A DNA stretch of 63,251 nt from a virus (Duplodnaviria > Caudoviricetes): IMG/VR virus record IMGVR_UViG_3300042569_000591, positions 1 through 63,251 of that record; one strand, given 5' to 3'. How positions within the stretch are numbered: position 1 is the first letter of the stretch; every line of letters begins with the position of its first letter. This document shows positions 44,901-54,767 of this stretch, piece after piece. Made by a program: the position numbers and the translations under genes. A model generated the notes under the pieces. That model did no database searches, had not been told where the DNA came from, and was given only the letters and a program-made list of their open reading frames with translations.

Positions 44901-47900
44901 ATGCCAAACGATAATCTTAAGCAGTACTATTCTTACTTAAAGTCAAGTGGCGCTGATGTAGCTCCTACATATGATGCTTTTGCAACAACTTTAAGCAATG
45001 AAGAAAATGCGAAAAAGTACCACTCATATTTATTAAATAATGGTTTTGACACACCAAAGTCATACGACTCATTTTCTCAGACATTAGGATTAAAAAAAAA
45101 AGATCTTACGGTATCTGGATCGGCAAAACCTTCATCGGTAAAATTATCGACCACAACAACAATAAAGCCTACGGCATCTTCATCTTCAACAGGACTTCCT
45201 GATGGATTATATTCTTTTCCAGGGCAAGAAAATGCTACCTATAAAAAGGAAAAAGGAGATTGGTCTGTAGCATTTGATGGCTCATATAAATACATACCGC
45301 TATACAAAGGTGATGTACAAGCTCGTGTTGCTAACCTTGAAAAGAATGCTGTATCACTTGAACAATATGGTTTTGAAACACAACCTAGAAAAGAAGAGCA
45401 ATTAAAATATACAGAAGCTCCAAAACCAAAGTCAATCGCCAAACCAAAAACTGAAGCACAGAAGAAAGAGCAACAGTTATTTGAAACAGAATTCAAGGCA
45501 TTAGATCTTAATGATCCTGAATACTTGAGAAGAAAAGCTAGATCAGAAAAGATAGATCAATTATTAGCTCCAGTAACCGGAGATTTGATAGATTACAATG
45601 AAGGTAATGTTGTACCTGTCATTGATAATATAATTAAGCAATACCCATACTTAGAAGTATCTGAATCAGGTGTTGGATATGATGAATTAAAAATTCGTAA
45701 TAAAGTTACTGGCGAGAAAGCTGTCATTAATCTAGACAACTGGACTTCTGGAAGAGATGAGGAAGAGGCTAAGCAATTAAGAGCTTTCTTAGATGTTCAA
45801 ATTAACTCAAAAGATTATGTAGCTCAGAAACAGAAAGTAGATGAATTACAGGCTCAAATGCAGGATGCAACACCTACTCAACGTATTGACTTATCACAGC
45901 AATTATTAGAAGAGAAAGCTAAACTTAACGATCTTTCAGGGGCTAGATACAACTACGCAAAGAATGACAAGTATAAAGCTGCTGCTATCTATGATAAGAA
46001 TGCAAAGGATAATATTAAAGTAGATTATGCTAATCTTCAATTAAGATCAATTGACTACGCTGAAAAAGTAAAAAGCTATAATGAGTGGAATCAGACAGTA
46101 AATGATGCTAGAAGTAAAGGCTTGATCACTGAAGAGCAATACAATACAGAATATGCTCCAAAGTTACAGGCTGAGAAGAACATGTTAAATGATGAGAGAT
46201 TTCAAATCAATGAGTCATTTAATCAGGTAAGAAGTGATAGTACTTCTATTGACAATATAGCAGCAAGTGAGTATGCTATACAAGCGGAGAAAGGCAACGT
46301 TCTTAGTGGAGCAACATACTCATTCTTAGAAGGAGCTGAGAGCTCATTAAGATTTTTATTAGAGACAGGTGACTTTAAAGATGGTGAATTCAAAGGTTTT
46401 TTAACTCAAGCCGCACCTGGATCAATTAGTGATGTATATACTTCAGCTGAAGGAAGAAATGCTTTTGAGCAAATTATATTTGGTCTTGCAAACTCAGGTG
46501 GATCGGCTCTTGTTAGTGCAGCATCTGGATCCACATTATTGGGATTATATGCTTCTTCATATGTCAACATGAAGGACCAAATGAGCACCCCACAATTTAA
46601 GGATGTTCCAGAATACCAGAAAATATTGATGTCTGGTATTTATGGTGCCACTATTGGATATCTTGAAAATAAAGGTATTGGTAAGTGGTTTCAGAAGACA
46701 CCTGCTGGTAAAGGGCTTACTAATTGGATTTTAAAGAAAACAATATCAGAGCTAGGCAAAGATGCAACGGCTGAAACAATTGAGCTTACTATTAAAAAAA
46801 ATCTAGGAGCTGCCATAAAAAATGGCCTTATACAAGTAACAGCATCTGGATTAGTTGAGGGTTCTACCGAACTTGCTCAAGAAGCCACAGATATGGCGTA
46901 CAAAGAGGTATTCAATATAATGTCTGAAAAGAAATACTTTGACAATCCGACATCTTGGACAGATGTTGCTGATCGATTAGGTAAATCTTTTGTACTTGGT
47001 TTTGCTGGAGGTGCTGGAATGCAATCAATTACTCAAGCCACTCAGGTAGGCATGAATGAATTGGATAAAAATCAGATCAACAATATTACTGAACTGATTA
47101 ATAGTCCTGAGTTAAAGGATGTATTTAGACTCAACCTTAAGGATCAAATACTATCTGGCCAAATATCAAAAGAAGAAGCCAAAAGACAGATTCAAAAGAT
47201 AAATGAGATTGAAGGTACTCTTAACAAAATACCTGAAAAAGTAGATAGATTCCAAGCGTTCAAGTTAATCAATGAGCGCGATGCGATACAAAAAGAAATT
47301 GCAGGGAAAGACCCTGCTCTTGTCGCTGCTCAAACAGAGCGCGTCAATGCTATTAATGATGAATTAAAACAATTAAGTTATGCCGTTCAAGAGCAAGCAA
47401 CAAGTGAAGTACCTGTACAGCCAGGAGCCAAAATTGGCGGAGAAGTGGCGCAAGGAAAACCCGAAACAGGACTTAAAGAAACTACCCAAGAAGGTAGCCA
47501 AGCCCAAGAAGTAGAACAAGGTAAGTTTGTTGCAGAGGAAGCAACTCGTTTAGCGCAAGAAAATATAAGTACTGAGCAAAGACAATCTCTTGTAGATAGA
47601 CTTTATGAAGACCCAATTGCTTATGCTAGAGAAAATAATACTCCTGGTTCCCCTTCTGAAAACTTTATAAACTCATTAGAACAACCTATTAATATAGAAA
47701 ATAAATCTACTAAAGAAATAGCCAGCGAACTTAATACTATAGATAATACAGATTTAATAAAACAATTAGGTATAGAATCTAACTGGGATATGACAGCAGA
47801 AGGCGACCTTCTTGCTGGCAATGATCCTGTTTTGGCTTATACACAAAGAAAACTACCTCAATGGAATAGAGAAAGCCAACTAGGTAACATAAATCCTGAG

Positions 47901-50900
47901 TCAGAATTAACTTACGATATAGTTAAGGGAAGATTTGGATCGGTTGATAATAAGAACGTAGTAACTGCTAAAGATGAGAATGGAGTTATTGTAGGGGTTG
48001 TTGAATTGGCTAGTAATGGAGGAATAGAACATATTGCTGTAGCACCCGAATTTAGAAGAAAAGGAGTAGCCAATAAATTAATAGAAGTTTTAAAAGATAA
48101 CAATCCAAACCTTGATCTATCTAAAACAAAATTAAGAAGCAAGGGTTTTGAAAAAGTATTCTCTAACACTATAATTGCTGAAGCATATAAAAAAGCCAAG
48201 CAAGATGGTAGCAATCCAACGCTAGTCAAGGCAGTTGAGGATTCTTTAAGTAATAAAAATTTGGTTAGTAGCCAAAAACAAACTAAATTTGCACAAGATG
48301 AAACAGGAAACATACAACCCGAACGCACCGGAGACGGAAGAGGACGGACTGAGAGCAGGAAATTTACGCCTCTTGAAGGCGCGCCAGCAGTTCCAGGCAT
48401 TAACGGGCCGGACCCACAGCTTGTTGGAGTCGCAGAAAAGTACGCAGCAGACAATGGAATCGAGCTCAAAAGACAGTCAGAGTACGTCGAAGTAGACGAG
48501 CAAAGAGCCAAAAGAATAGCCGACGCTTACGAGCAGATGGCTAATAATCCTCAGGATCCAAAAGTAAAAGAAGCATACCAAGATCTCATAAATCAAACAA
48601 TTGCTCAGTATCAAGCATTAGTTGATGCCGGGTATAAGTTTTGGTTTATGGACCTAAATATTCCAAGCAATGAGGAGTATGCAGCAAGCCCATACAATGC
48701 CTTAAGAGACTTAAGACAGAATAAAGAGATGGGCGTATTCCCAACTACTGATGGATACGGAGAAGGTGACATAACACAAGCGCAGATCGACGCTAACCCA
48801 TTACTAGCTGACACAGGTATCAAATGGCCTGTGGGTGGACTAGATGGAGAAATGAAACCTGTTCTTGCAAATGACTTGTTCAGAGCAGTTCACGATGCAT
48901 TCGGCCATGGTCTTGAGGGTGCTGGGTTTAGAGCAAGAGGCGAAGAGAATGCATGGCAGGCTCACGTCAGATTGTTTACAGGACCTGCAGTCGGAGCTAT
49001 TACTAGTGAGACTAGAGGTCAGAACTCTTGGTTAAATTATGGTCCTTTTGGAGAAACTAATAGAACAGCAAAAGTAGAAGACACTGTATTTGCTGATCAG
49101 AAGATTGGCCTTATGCCTGAGTGGACTTGGTCTGAAGGTCGTGCAGGTGATATGGAGGAAGATATTTTACAAGCAGACACTAAAGATGCTACTAATCTAC
49201 AGAAAGCACTCGATGCTTTAGATAAGATTGAGAAGGATCTTGATAAGTTTGGAAAAGAAACTCTAGGCGTAAACATTCCAGTTGCTTTAGCTAAAACAAT
49301 TGTCAAGGCTGTTAAAGCGCTAGTTAAAGCCGGCGTAACACTTGAGCAAGCGATTAAACAAATTGCCGCTGAATACAATCTATCTGACAGAGATGTAAAA
49401 TCATTACTCACGCCTACGAAAGTATCTGATATTGACGTAAATGAAGTTAGAGCCAAGGCTAGACCTGGTAAACGTATATCAAAAGGATTATCAGTTAAAA
49501 CAGTTGCTGGTAAAAAGGTTATTGAGGAAACTGAAGATTTGTCTATAGAATACGTTAAGAAAAATGCCCCAAAGGCGTTTATTGCTAACGCTAATATTAT
49601 TTCCAAGTATCCACTAGTTGCCGGTAAGAAGAAGTTTAAAACAGCAACGACAGTTGAGCAAGCTCAAGAGATATATGATGTATTTGTTAGAGAAGTAGCT
49701 GATAACCTTAACTACTTAATGGCTGAATTTAAACCAGAGTACAGAGAAATATCAACTCTTTGGTATGATGGAGCTAATGCCATAGCAAATGATTTTGCTG
49801 CACAGTTTGGCGTATCAGCAGAGCAAGCAGCAGGTATTATTGCCGCCATGTCTCCTCAGAAAGACTGGTATCAAAACGTTCGTTTAGCTGAGATGGTATT
49901 GATGGCCTACAAAGATAATCCAGTCATGACTAAAGAAATGGTTGATTATCAGAAGAGTGTAAATGAAAAAGGACTTTACGATGGAGCTGAGTCAGCTGGA
50001 AAGAAATTAAAAAAAGCACAAAAAGAATACAACGAATCTAGAACTAAAGCCAATAAAGAAACTCTAGAAGAGGCTAAAGTTAAAATGCAGGAAGCTATTG
50101 AAAAAGCTGACGCTGTAATAACTATGCTTAATAAGTATATAGGTAAAAAATTAAATGAAGTTCCTGCATTTGTTCAGCCATATATGGTTAGAACATATCA
50201 TGAGGTGAACACAACTAAAGATTACAATATTGTAGCTCCTGATGGTAGCGTTCAAGGCGTCGCTAAAAATAAAGATGGATTAAATGCAAAAATTGCATGG
50301 GGATCTTATGTTGAGATTGGAAAGGCTGTATCAATTAAAAATGACGGTAGCCAGGAAAATATCACAAGATCTTTAGGTGAGATGCATAAGATTAGAAACT
50401 TCTATAACAACATCATTGATCCAATGAGCAAGGACGGTGATGTGACAATGGATACACATGCGATCGCTGCAGCATTGTTACTTCCTGTGTCAGGTAAATC
50501 AATTCAGGTTATTCAAAATTTTGGAGGCAAAGGAACTGCTGCTTCAAATTCATTTGGTATTAAAGGTTTGTATTATGCTTATGCAGATGCATACGCATTA
50601 GCTGCCAAAGAAGCCGGTCTATTACCAAGACAAGTACAAAGTATTACCTGGGAGGCTGTACGCGGTTTATATACAGACACATTTAAAAATAATAAAGCTG
50701 AAGTAGCAAAAATTAATAACATTTGGAAAGACTATCAAGATGGAAAAATTACAATCGATGAAGCAAGAGAACAAGCCAAAGAATCAGCCGGTGGAATCAA
50801 AGATCCAACCTGGGCAGGACCTGTTCAGACAGAGCTTGGAGAAGGCGCTGGGACGCAAGGTGTCGAAGGAAGAGGAGATGGAGATGAACGAGATACTGTC

Positions 50901-53900
50901 GGGGGGACCGATGGAGGAGGAGTTCTAACTGCAGACACTAAAGACAAAACAAACCTAAAGAAAGCCCTTGATGTATTAAACAAAGCTGACGACGACTTAG
51001 CCAAGTTTGGTAGAGAAACACTTGGTATCAATATACCTGTAGCTACAATGAGAGCTATTATTAAGCTTGCTAAAGTATTAGTTAAGACTGGTATAACTCT
51101 ACAAGACGCAATCATTCAAGCTGCTGAGCAGAAAAATGTATCCAAAAAAGATGCATTGAATGCTATTAAGTTTATATCTGAGACAATTAAACAACCAATT
51201 AAAAAAGTTGTTATTAATGAAATGGCAGCACTCAAGTCACAAATTAGACTTGAAGCTAGAGCCGCTCGTGAAGCTAAGGGCGATATAAATGCTAAAAGAA
51301 AAGCACTTGCAGCTGCTATTACCAGTATGGTAAGACAAGGAAAGATTACAGCTCTTCAAGCTAGAAGTATTATTAATAAGGTAAGTAAAGTTAATCTTGA
51401 TAATCCTATAATGGTTGATAGATTGATTAGCTATGCAGAAAGAGTATTTGACAGAGCTGACTACCAAGAGACATTAAGCAAGGCAGCTAAGATCAGAAAG
51501 TCAATCAAAAAAGCCATGAAGTCAAAAGACTTACAGGCTGAGGTTGCTGCCATGGCTAAGAAGTTCTCTAGTGTTGATCCGTTTATGGTTGAGGATATTG
51601 ATCAGTACATTGAGAATGCAGAGAAAGTACTTAATGCTGTTCGTCCTGTCAGAGATACAGATGTATCACTTCGTCAAGCTGTTGACATTGAAGCTATTAG
51701 TGAATACACAACAGCTCAGTTTGAGCGTCAAGAGGCAAATAAAAAAGCTGAATTACTTGCATTAAATAAATATTTAGTAGACTCTGGTATTGTTACTGAA
51801 GACATGACTGCCAAGGAGATCCAAGAGATGATCGACATTATTGCATCTGAAGAGTATGAGGTTGAAAACGCTGATAAGAAATTAAATTTCTTAAAAAATC
51901 GTTTTGAATTTATGGCAGGTGTGATAAAAGAGATGATTGTGAATAACAGAGATATATTTACAGACGAACCACTTGATCTAACTCAAAGCCAAAAAGATTT
52001 AATGAATGAAGTTCTTAAGTTTGACATTGATAAATTATCAGTTAAGCAGGCTGCTCAAGTTCTTGAAGCGATGGATAACTTCATCAACAATGGCATTACT
52101 AGTGGTCTTGAAGCTGTGGTTAAAAATTACATTGGTACAGAGAACGCTAATAAACTAGCCGCATCTGGTCTTAAGTCTAGACCACTTAAGATGTATTGGA
52201 ATAAAGCTGTAGGCCGTTTCTTCGGAGAGCAGTTTGTTTCATTGCCATTGCTCATCGAGAGAATGTTTCCTGGAATGAAAAAAGGTCTTAGATTCATGTC
52301 AGAAATGGGACTTACTGATGTAATCAGAGGAGTTGCTAAAGCTGACAGGGAGCATAAGATGATCGTAAAAGATTATACTAGTCAGGAATTCTCAAAAGGT
52401 AAGGGGTTTATGAAGGCTGAGAATGTATACGAGAGAGGTATGATTGCCTTCTTAAGTAGAAATTTAGCCGGAACCAAAACAGAAATGCGTAACGAATTCT
52501 TACGTCGCATTAAGATGATTGAAGAATCTATCAATGCCTTGATGACCGGATCAGAGACAGAGAGAAAAATGGGTGAAGCTTATCAAAAAGTATATGACAA
52601 GCTAAAAGTAGATAGCCAGGATCTTGACGTCATCAAAGCTAATGCTGAGCAAATGAATCTTGACGCTGTTAATTGGATGACACAACAATGGGCTGAAAAA
52701 TATAGCGACCTATCTGACATTAGTTTGTCTGTATACAACGCAATATTAGGAAGCGACACCAACTATACCCCAGATAGATATAAAGCTCTTGACGAGGCTG
52801 ATATTGAGTTGGATGAAAACTTATTGCAGAAAGGCAGCGCGTTTATGGGTGGTCTTGAGTACACTGACAAGAATAAGTCAGGTGTATTGATAGAGACAAC
52901 TAGACCAAAGGCTTTGCCAAAAGGTCGTTTTGTTAGTCTTGACTTTGACGTCAATAACTTCTCTAGTTTAAAAGGCGCGATGATTGACATTGAAACAGCT
53001 CCGGCTATTCGTCAAGTTGATGGATTTATCAAGTCAGACGGATATAAGAAAATGGTCAATGGTGACGACAGAAAAATTCTTACTCGTCGTATAAATAACT
53101 ATATCATTTCTGTAAAAGGAAAGACTAGCTTCAATCGTGACAGCATGAGATCAGTTGAGCGATTAGCCAACTTCTTAGGTAGTCTTGGTGTTGGTAAAGC
53201 GTTAGGTGGTTTTGACCAAACTATTAAGCAGACTGCTCCGGTTATTATCAACACATTGATTAATGCCGGGCGTTTTGATGGTCTTAATATGGAAATGAAT
53301 GAAGCCATCAACCGATCAGGTATGCCAATTGCAAATCGTGGTATTGAGGCTATATCAGGTGTTGAATCTGTTGACGCGTTGATTGATAAGAAAGGAGCAA
53401 CAGCTGCAGAGATAGCTAAGGCTATTGAGAAAGTCAGTCAAATGTATATGAAGGCTTTGCTATCTAAGCCGGATGTATGGGTTGCTAGATCGTCATTTAT
53501 TTCTTACTATAAGAATTACTTGAAGAACAATGGCATGTCAACTAACATTGACTGGAAATCACATGAGTGGAACCAGGATGCATTAAACTATGCTCAAATG
53601 ATGGTTGACCGTCAGCAAAACATTTCAGATGAAAAGCTAGCCGGTTCATTTATGAGCTCTCCAGATCCATGGAAAAGTGTTACTAGAAAGGTTATGCTTC
53701 CATTTGCTACGTTCATCATTAACCAAAAGAACCGTATGCACAATGACTTTGTAGCTTTATTTGGCAGAGGTGCAGAGACTTCTTTAGAAGATAAAAAGAA
53801 AGCAGCTAGATCATTGATTGGATTAAGTGCTGAGATGTTGGCATATCAAGCTATTGCTTACTTCATCAAGAACCAAATTTATGACAATGTAGCTGCTATG

Positions 53901-54767
53901 ATCACAGGTGAAGATGATGAGGAAGAGAAAAAAGAGCGCTCATTCTTCGGAATCAAGATGACGAATAAGCAATGGAATGCTACTAAGTTCCCTGTCAAGA
54001 GTTTAATATCTGACATTTTATCACCTTTCCCATTATTCGATGACGCAGTAGTACTTGGTTTTGATAAGCTGATGAGTAACTTCCCAATGATATCTGATGA
54101 AGATATTAAGCAAGCTATACAAGATCAAAATGATGCTAGAATGCTAAAGGGTGGTGAGCCTATGGATGCAGAGCAAGAGACTAATTTTGTAAAAGCATTG
54201 AAAAGCAAAAATACATACGCTGTTACATTCCAAAATGAAAGCATAGGCCGTCAGTATGGTGTGCCTGGAATTGCTTTTGATACATACACTGAGCTTGCTG
54301 AAATGTCTAGATTAGCATACACAGGTGAATTCGAAGATGATATGGGGTATGGTCCTAAGCTTAAGCATATTTCAAAGAAAGATCAAGAGATAGTCAAGTG
54401 GACACTATTGCCGATGATGCTATACTCTACAGGATTGGTTCCTAAAGACGCTGGTGTGGTTTCTAGAAAGGTAGTCAATACCGTTAAGAAAAGAGCCATC
54501 AGTGACAATAAGTTTAAGAATGTTGGCTATTTAAAAGATGAACTTGGCCGTAAGCCAAAAGATTGGGAAGAAAGTTTGGTGATGAATACCACCAAGAAGA
54601 TACCTACGCTTGTAGACGCTATTAAATTTGCTGAAAGATTTGGCGGCCTGACAGAAAGCCAGGGCAAAGAATACGCCAAACTTATAGAATTGACAGGTGA
54701 TTACGGTTACATGGACTTGAAGAGAATTCAAGCCAATGAGACCGCTGATCAAATAATAAAGAAGTAA
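44901..54767 (+). CDS. 3288-aa polyvalent ejection protein (GNAT-like, HDxxGH and HhH-glycosylase-like domains)
   Basis: IAVAPEFRRKGVA; FRAVHDAFGH...GEENAW; WYD...AAMSPQ...KIRNFY...TMDTH...QSITW. Confidence 0.85.
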   Translation: MPNDNLKQYYSYLKSSGADVAPTYDAFATTLSNEENAKKYHSYLLNNGFDTPKSYDSFSQTLGLKKKDLTVSGSAKPSSVKLSTTTTIKPTASSSSTGLPDGLYSFPGQENATYKKEKGDWSVAFDGSYKYIPLYKGDVQARVANLEKNAVSLEQYGFETQPRKEEQLKYTEAPKPKSIAKPKTEAQKKEQQLFETEFKALDLNDPEYLRRKARSEKIDQLLAPVTGDLIDYNEGNVVPVIDNIIKQYPYLEVSESGVGYDELKIRNKVTGEKAVINLDNWTSGRDEEEAKQLRAFLDVQINSKDYVAQKQKVDELQAQMQDATPTQRIDLSQQLLEEKAKLNDLSGARYNYAKNDKYKAAAIYDKNAKDNIKVDYANLQLRSIDYAEKVKSYNEWNQTVNDARSKGLITEEQYNTEYAPKLQAEKNMLNDERFQINESFNQVRSDSTSIDNIAASEYAIQAEKGNVLSGATYSFLEGAESSLRFLLETGDFKDGEFKGFLTQAAPGSISDVYTSAEGRNAFEQIIFGLANSGGSALVSAASGSTLLGLYASSYVNMKDQMSTPQFKDVPEYQKILMSGIYGATIGYLENKGIGKWFQKTPAGKGLTNWILKKTISELGKDATAETIELTIKKNLGAAIKNGLIQVTASGLVEGSTELAQEATDMAYKEVFNIMSEKKYFDNPTSWTDVADRLGKSFVLGFAGGAGMQSITQATQVGMNELDKNQINNITELINSPELKDVFRLNLKDQILSGQISKEEAKRQIQKINEIEGTLNKIPEKVDRFQAFKLINERDAIQKEIAGKDPALVAAQTERVNAINDELKQLSYAVQEQATSEVPVQPGAKIGGEVAQGKPETGLKETTQEGSQAQEVEQGKFVAEEATRLAQENISTEQRQSLVDRLYEDPIAYARENNTPGSPSENFINSLEQPINIENKSTKEIASELNTIDNTDLIKQLGIESNWDMTAEGDLLAGNDPVLAYTQRKLPQWNRESQLGNINPESELTYDIVKGRFGSVDNKNVVTAKDENGVIVGVVELASNGGIEHIAVAPEFRRKGVANKLIEVLKDNNPNLDLSKTKLRSKGFEKVFSNTIIAEAYKKAKQDGSNPTLVKAVEDSLSNKNLVSSQKQTKFAQDETGNIQPERTGDGRGRTESRKFTPLEGAPAVPGINGPDPQLVGVAEKYAADNGIELKRQSEYVEVDEQRAKRIADAYEQMANNPQDPKVKEAYQDLINQTIAQYQALVDAGYKFWFMDLNIPSNEEYAASPYNALRDLRQNKEMGVFPTTDGYGEGDITQAQIDANPLLADTGIKWPVGGLDGEMKPVLANDLFRAVHDAFGHGLEGAGFRARGEENAWQAHVRLFTGPAVGAITSETRGQNSWLNYGPFGETNRTAKVEDTVFADQKIGLMPEWTWSEGRAGDMEEDILQADTKDATNLQKALDALDKIEKDLDKFGKETLGVNIPVALAKTIVKAVKALVKAGVTLEQAIKQIAAEYNLSDRDVKSLLTPTKVSDIDVNEVRAKARPGKRISKGLSVKTVAGKKVIEETEDLSIEYVKKNAPKAFIANANIISKYPLVAGKKKFKTATTVEQAQEIYDVFVREVADNLNYLMAEFKPEYREISTLWYDGANAIANDFAAQFGVSAEQAAGIIAAMSPQKDWYQNVRLAEMVLMAYKDNPVMTKEMVDYQKSVNEKGLYDGAESAGKKLKKAQKEYNESRTKANKETLEEAKVKMQEAIEKADAVITMLNKYIGKKLNEVPAFVQPYMVRTYHEVNTTKDYNIVAPDGSVQGVAKNKDGLNAKIAWGSYVEIGKAVSIKNDGSQENITRSLGEMHKIRNFYNNIIDPMSKDGDVTMDTHAIAAALLLPVSGKSIQVIQNFGGKGTAASNSFGIKGLYYAYADAYALAAKEAGLLPRQVQSITWEAVRGLYTDTFKNNKAEVAKINNIWKDYQDGKITIDEAREQAKESAGGIKDPTWAGPVQTELGEGAGTQGVEGRGDGDERDTVGGTDGGGVLTADTKDKTNLKKALDVLNKADDDLAKFGRETLGINIPVATMRAIIKLAKVLVKTGITLQDAIIQAAEQKNVSKKDALNAIKFISETIKQPIKKVVINEMAALKSQIRLEARAAREAKGDINAKRKALAAAITSMVRQGKITALQARSIINKVSKVNLDNPIMVDRLISYAERVFDRADYQETLSKAAKIRKSIKKAMKSKDLQAEVAAMAKKFSSVDPFMVEDIDQYIENAEKVLNAVRPVRDTDVSLRQAVDIEAISEYTTAQFERQEANKKAELLALNKYLVDSGIVTEDMTAKEIQEMIDIIASEEYEVENADKKLNFLKNRFEFMAGVIKEMIVNNRDIFTDEPLDLTQSQKDLMNEVLKFDIDKLSVKQAAQVLEAMDNFINNGITSGLEAVVKNYIGTENANKLAASGLKSRPLKMYWNKAVGRFFGEQFVSLPLLIERMFPGMKKGLRFMSEMGLTDVIRGVAKADREHKMIVKDYTSQEFSKGKGFMKAENVYERGMIAFLSRNLAGTKTEMRNEFLRRIKMIEESINALMTGSETERKMGEAYQKVYDKLKVDSQDLDVIKANAEQMNLDAVNWMTQQWAEKYSDLSDISLSVYNAILGSDTNYTPDRYKALDEADIELDENLLQKGSAFMGGLEYTDKNKSGVLIETTRPKALPKGRFVSLDFDVNNFSSLKGAMIDIETAPAIRQVDGFIKSDGYKKMVNGDDRKILTRRINNYIISVKGKTSFNRDSMRSVERLANFLGSLGVGKALGGFDQTIKQTAPVIINTLINAGRFDGLNMEMNEAINRSGMPIANRGIEAISGVESVDALIDKKGATAAEIAKAIEKVSQMYMKALLSKPDVWVARSSFISYYKNYLKNNGMSTNIDWKSHEWNQDALNYAQMMVDRQQNISDEKLAGSFMSSPDPWKSVTRKVMLPFATFIINQKNRMHNDFVALFGRGAETSLEDKKKAARSLIGLSAEMLAYQAIAYFIKNQIYDNVAAMITGEDDEEEKKERSFFGIKMTNKQWNATKFPVKSLISDILSPFPLFDDAVVLGFDKLMSNFPMISDEDIKQAIQDQNDARMLKGGEPMDAEQETNFVKALKSKNTYAVTFQNESIGRQYGVPGIAFDTYTELAEMSRLAYTGEFEDDMGYGPKLKHISKKDQEIVKWTLLPMMLYSTGLVPKDAGVVSRKVVNTVKKRAISDNKFKNVGYLKDELGRKPKDWEESLVMNTTKKIPTLVDAIKFAERFGGLTESQGKEYAKLIELTGDYGYMDLKRIQANETADQIIKK
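47380..47514 (+). CDS. Nested +1-frame gene, 44-aa basic protein MPFKSKQQVKYLYSQEPKLAEKW...
   Basis: Hand translation; A-rich upstream; resembles the MPFKS type of standalone small phage proteins. Confidence 0.65.
   Translation: MPFKSKQQVKYLYSQEPKLAEKWRKENPKQDLKKLPKKVAKPKK
48298..48495 (+). CDS. Candidate nested +1-frame gene (65 aa) with internal -7 element at 48284-48291
   Basis: TAAATTTG-cacaag-ATG; GC-elevated stretch. Confidence 0.45.
   Translation: MKQETYNPNAPETEEDGLRAGNLRLLKARQQFQALTGRTHSLLESQKSTQQTMESSSKDSQSTSK
49152..51130 (+). repeat. Diverged ~70-codon direct repeat (~49152-49370 and ~50911-51130)
   Basis: ADTKD-TNL-KALD-L-K---DL-KFG-ETLG-NIPVA occurs twice. Confidence 0.85.
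50740..50928 (+). CDS. Candidate nested +1-frame gene (62 aa)
   Basis: ATG start; overlaps a Gly-rich linker; stops at the start of repeat copy 2. Confidence 0.35.
   Translation: MEKLQSMKQENKPKNQPVESKIQPGQDLFRQSLEKALGRKVSKEEEMEMNEILSGGPMEEEF

Noticed and set aside
52017-52037. KFDIDKL, close to the DFDID catalytic motif of crAss-like virion RNA polymerases
   Set aside because: The first Asp is Lys, the context is helical, and the genome carries host-type promoters; likely coincidence.
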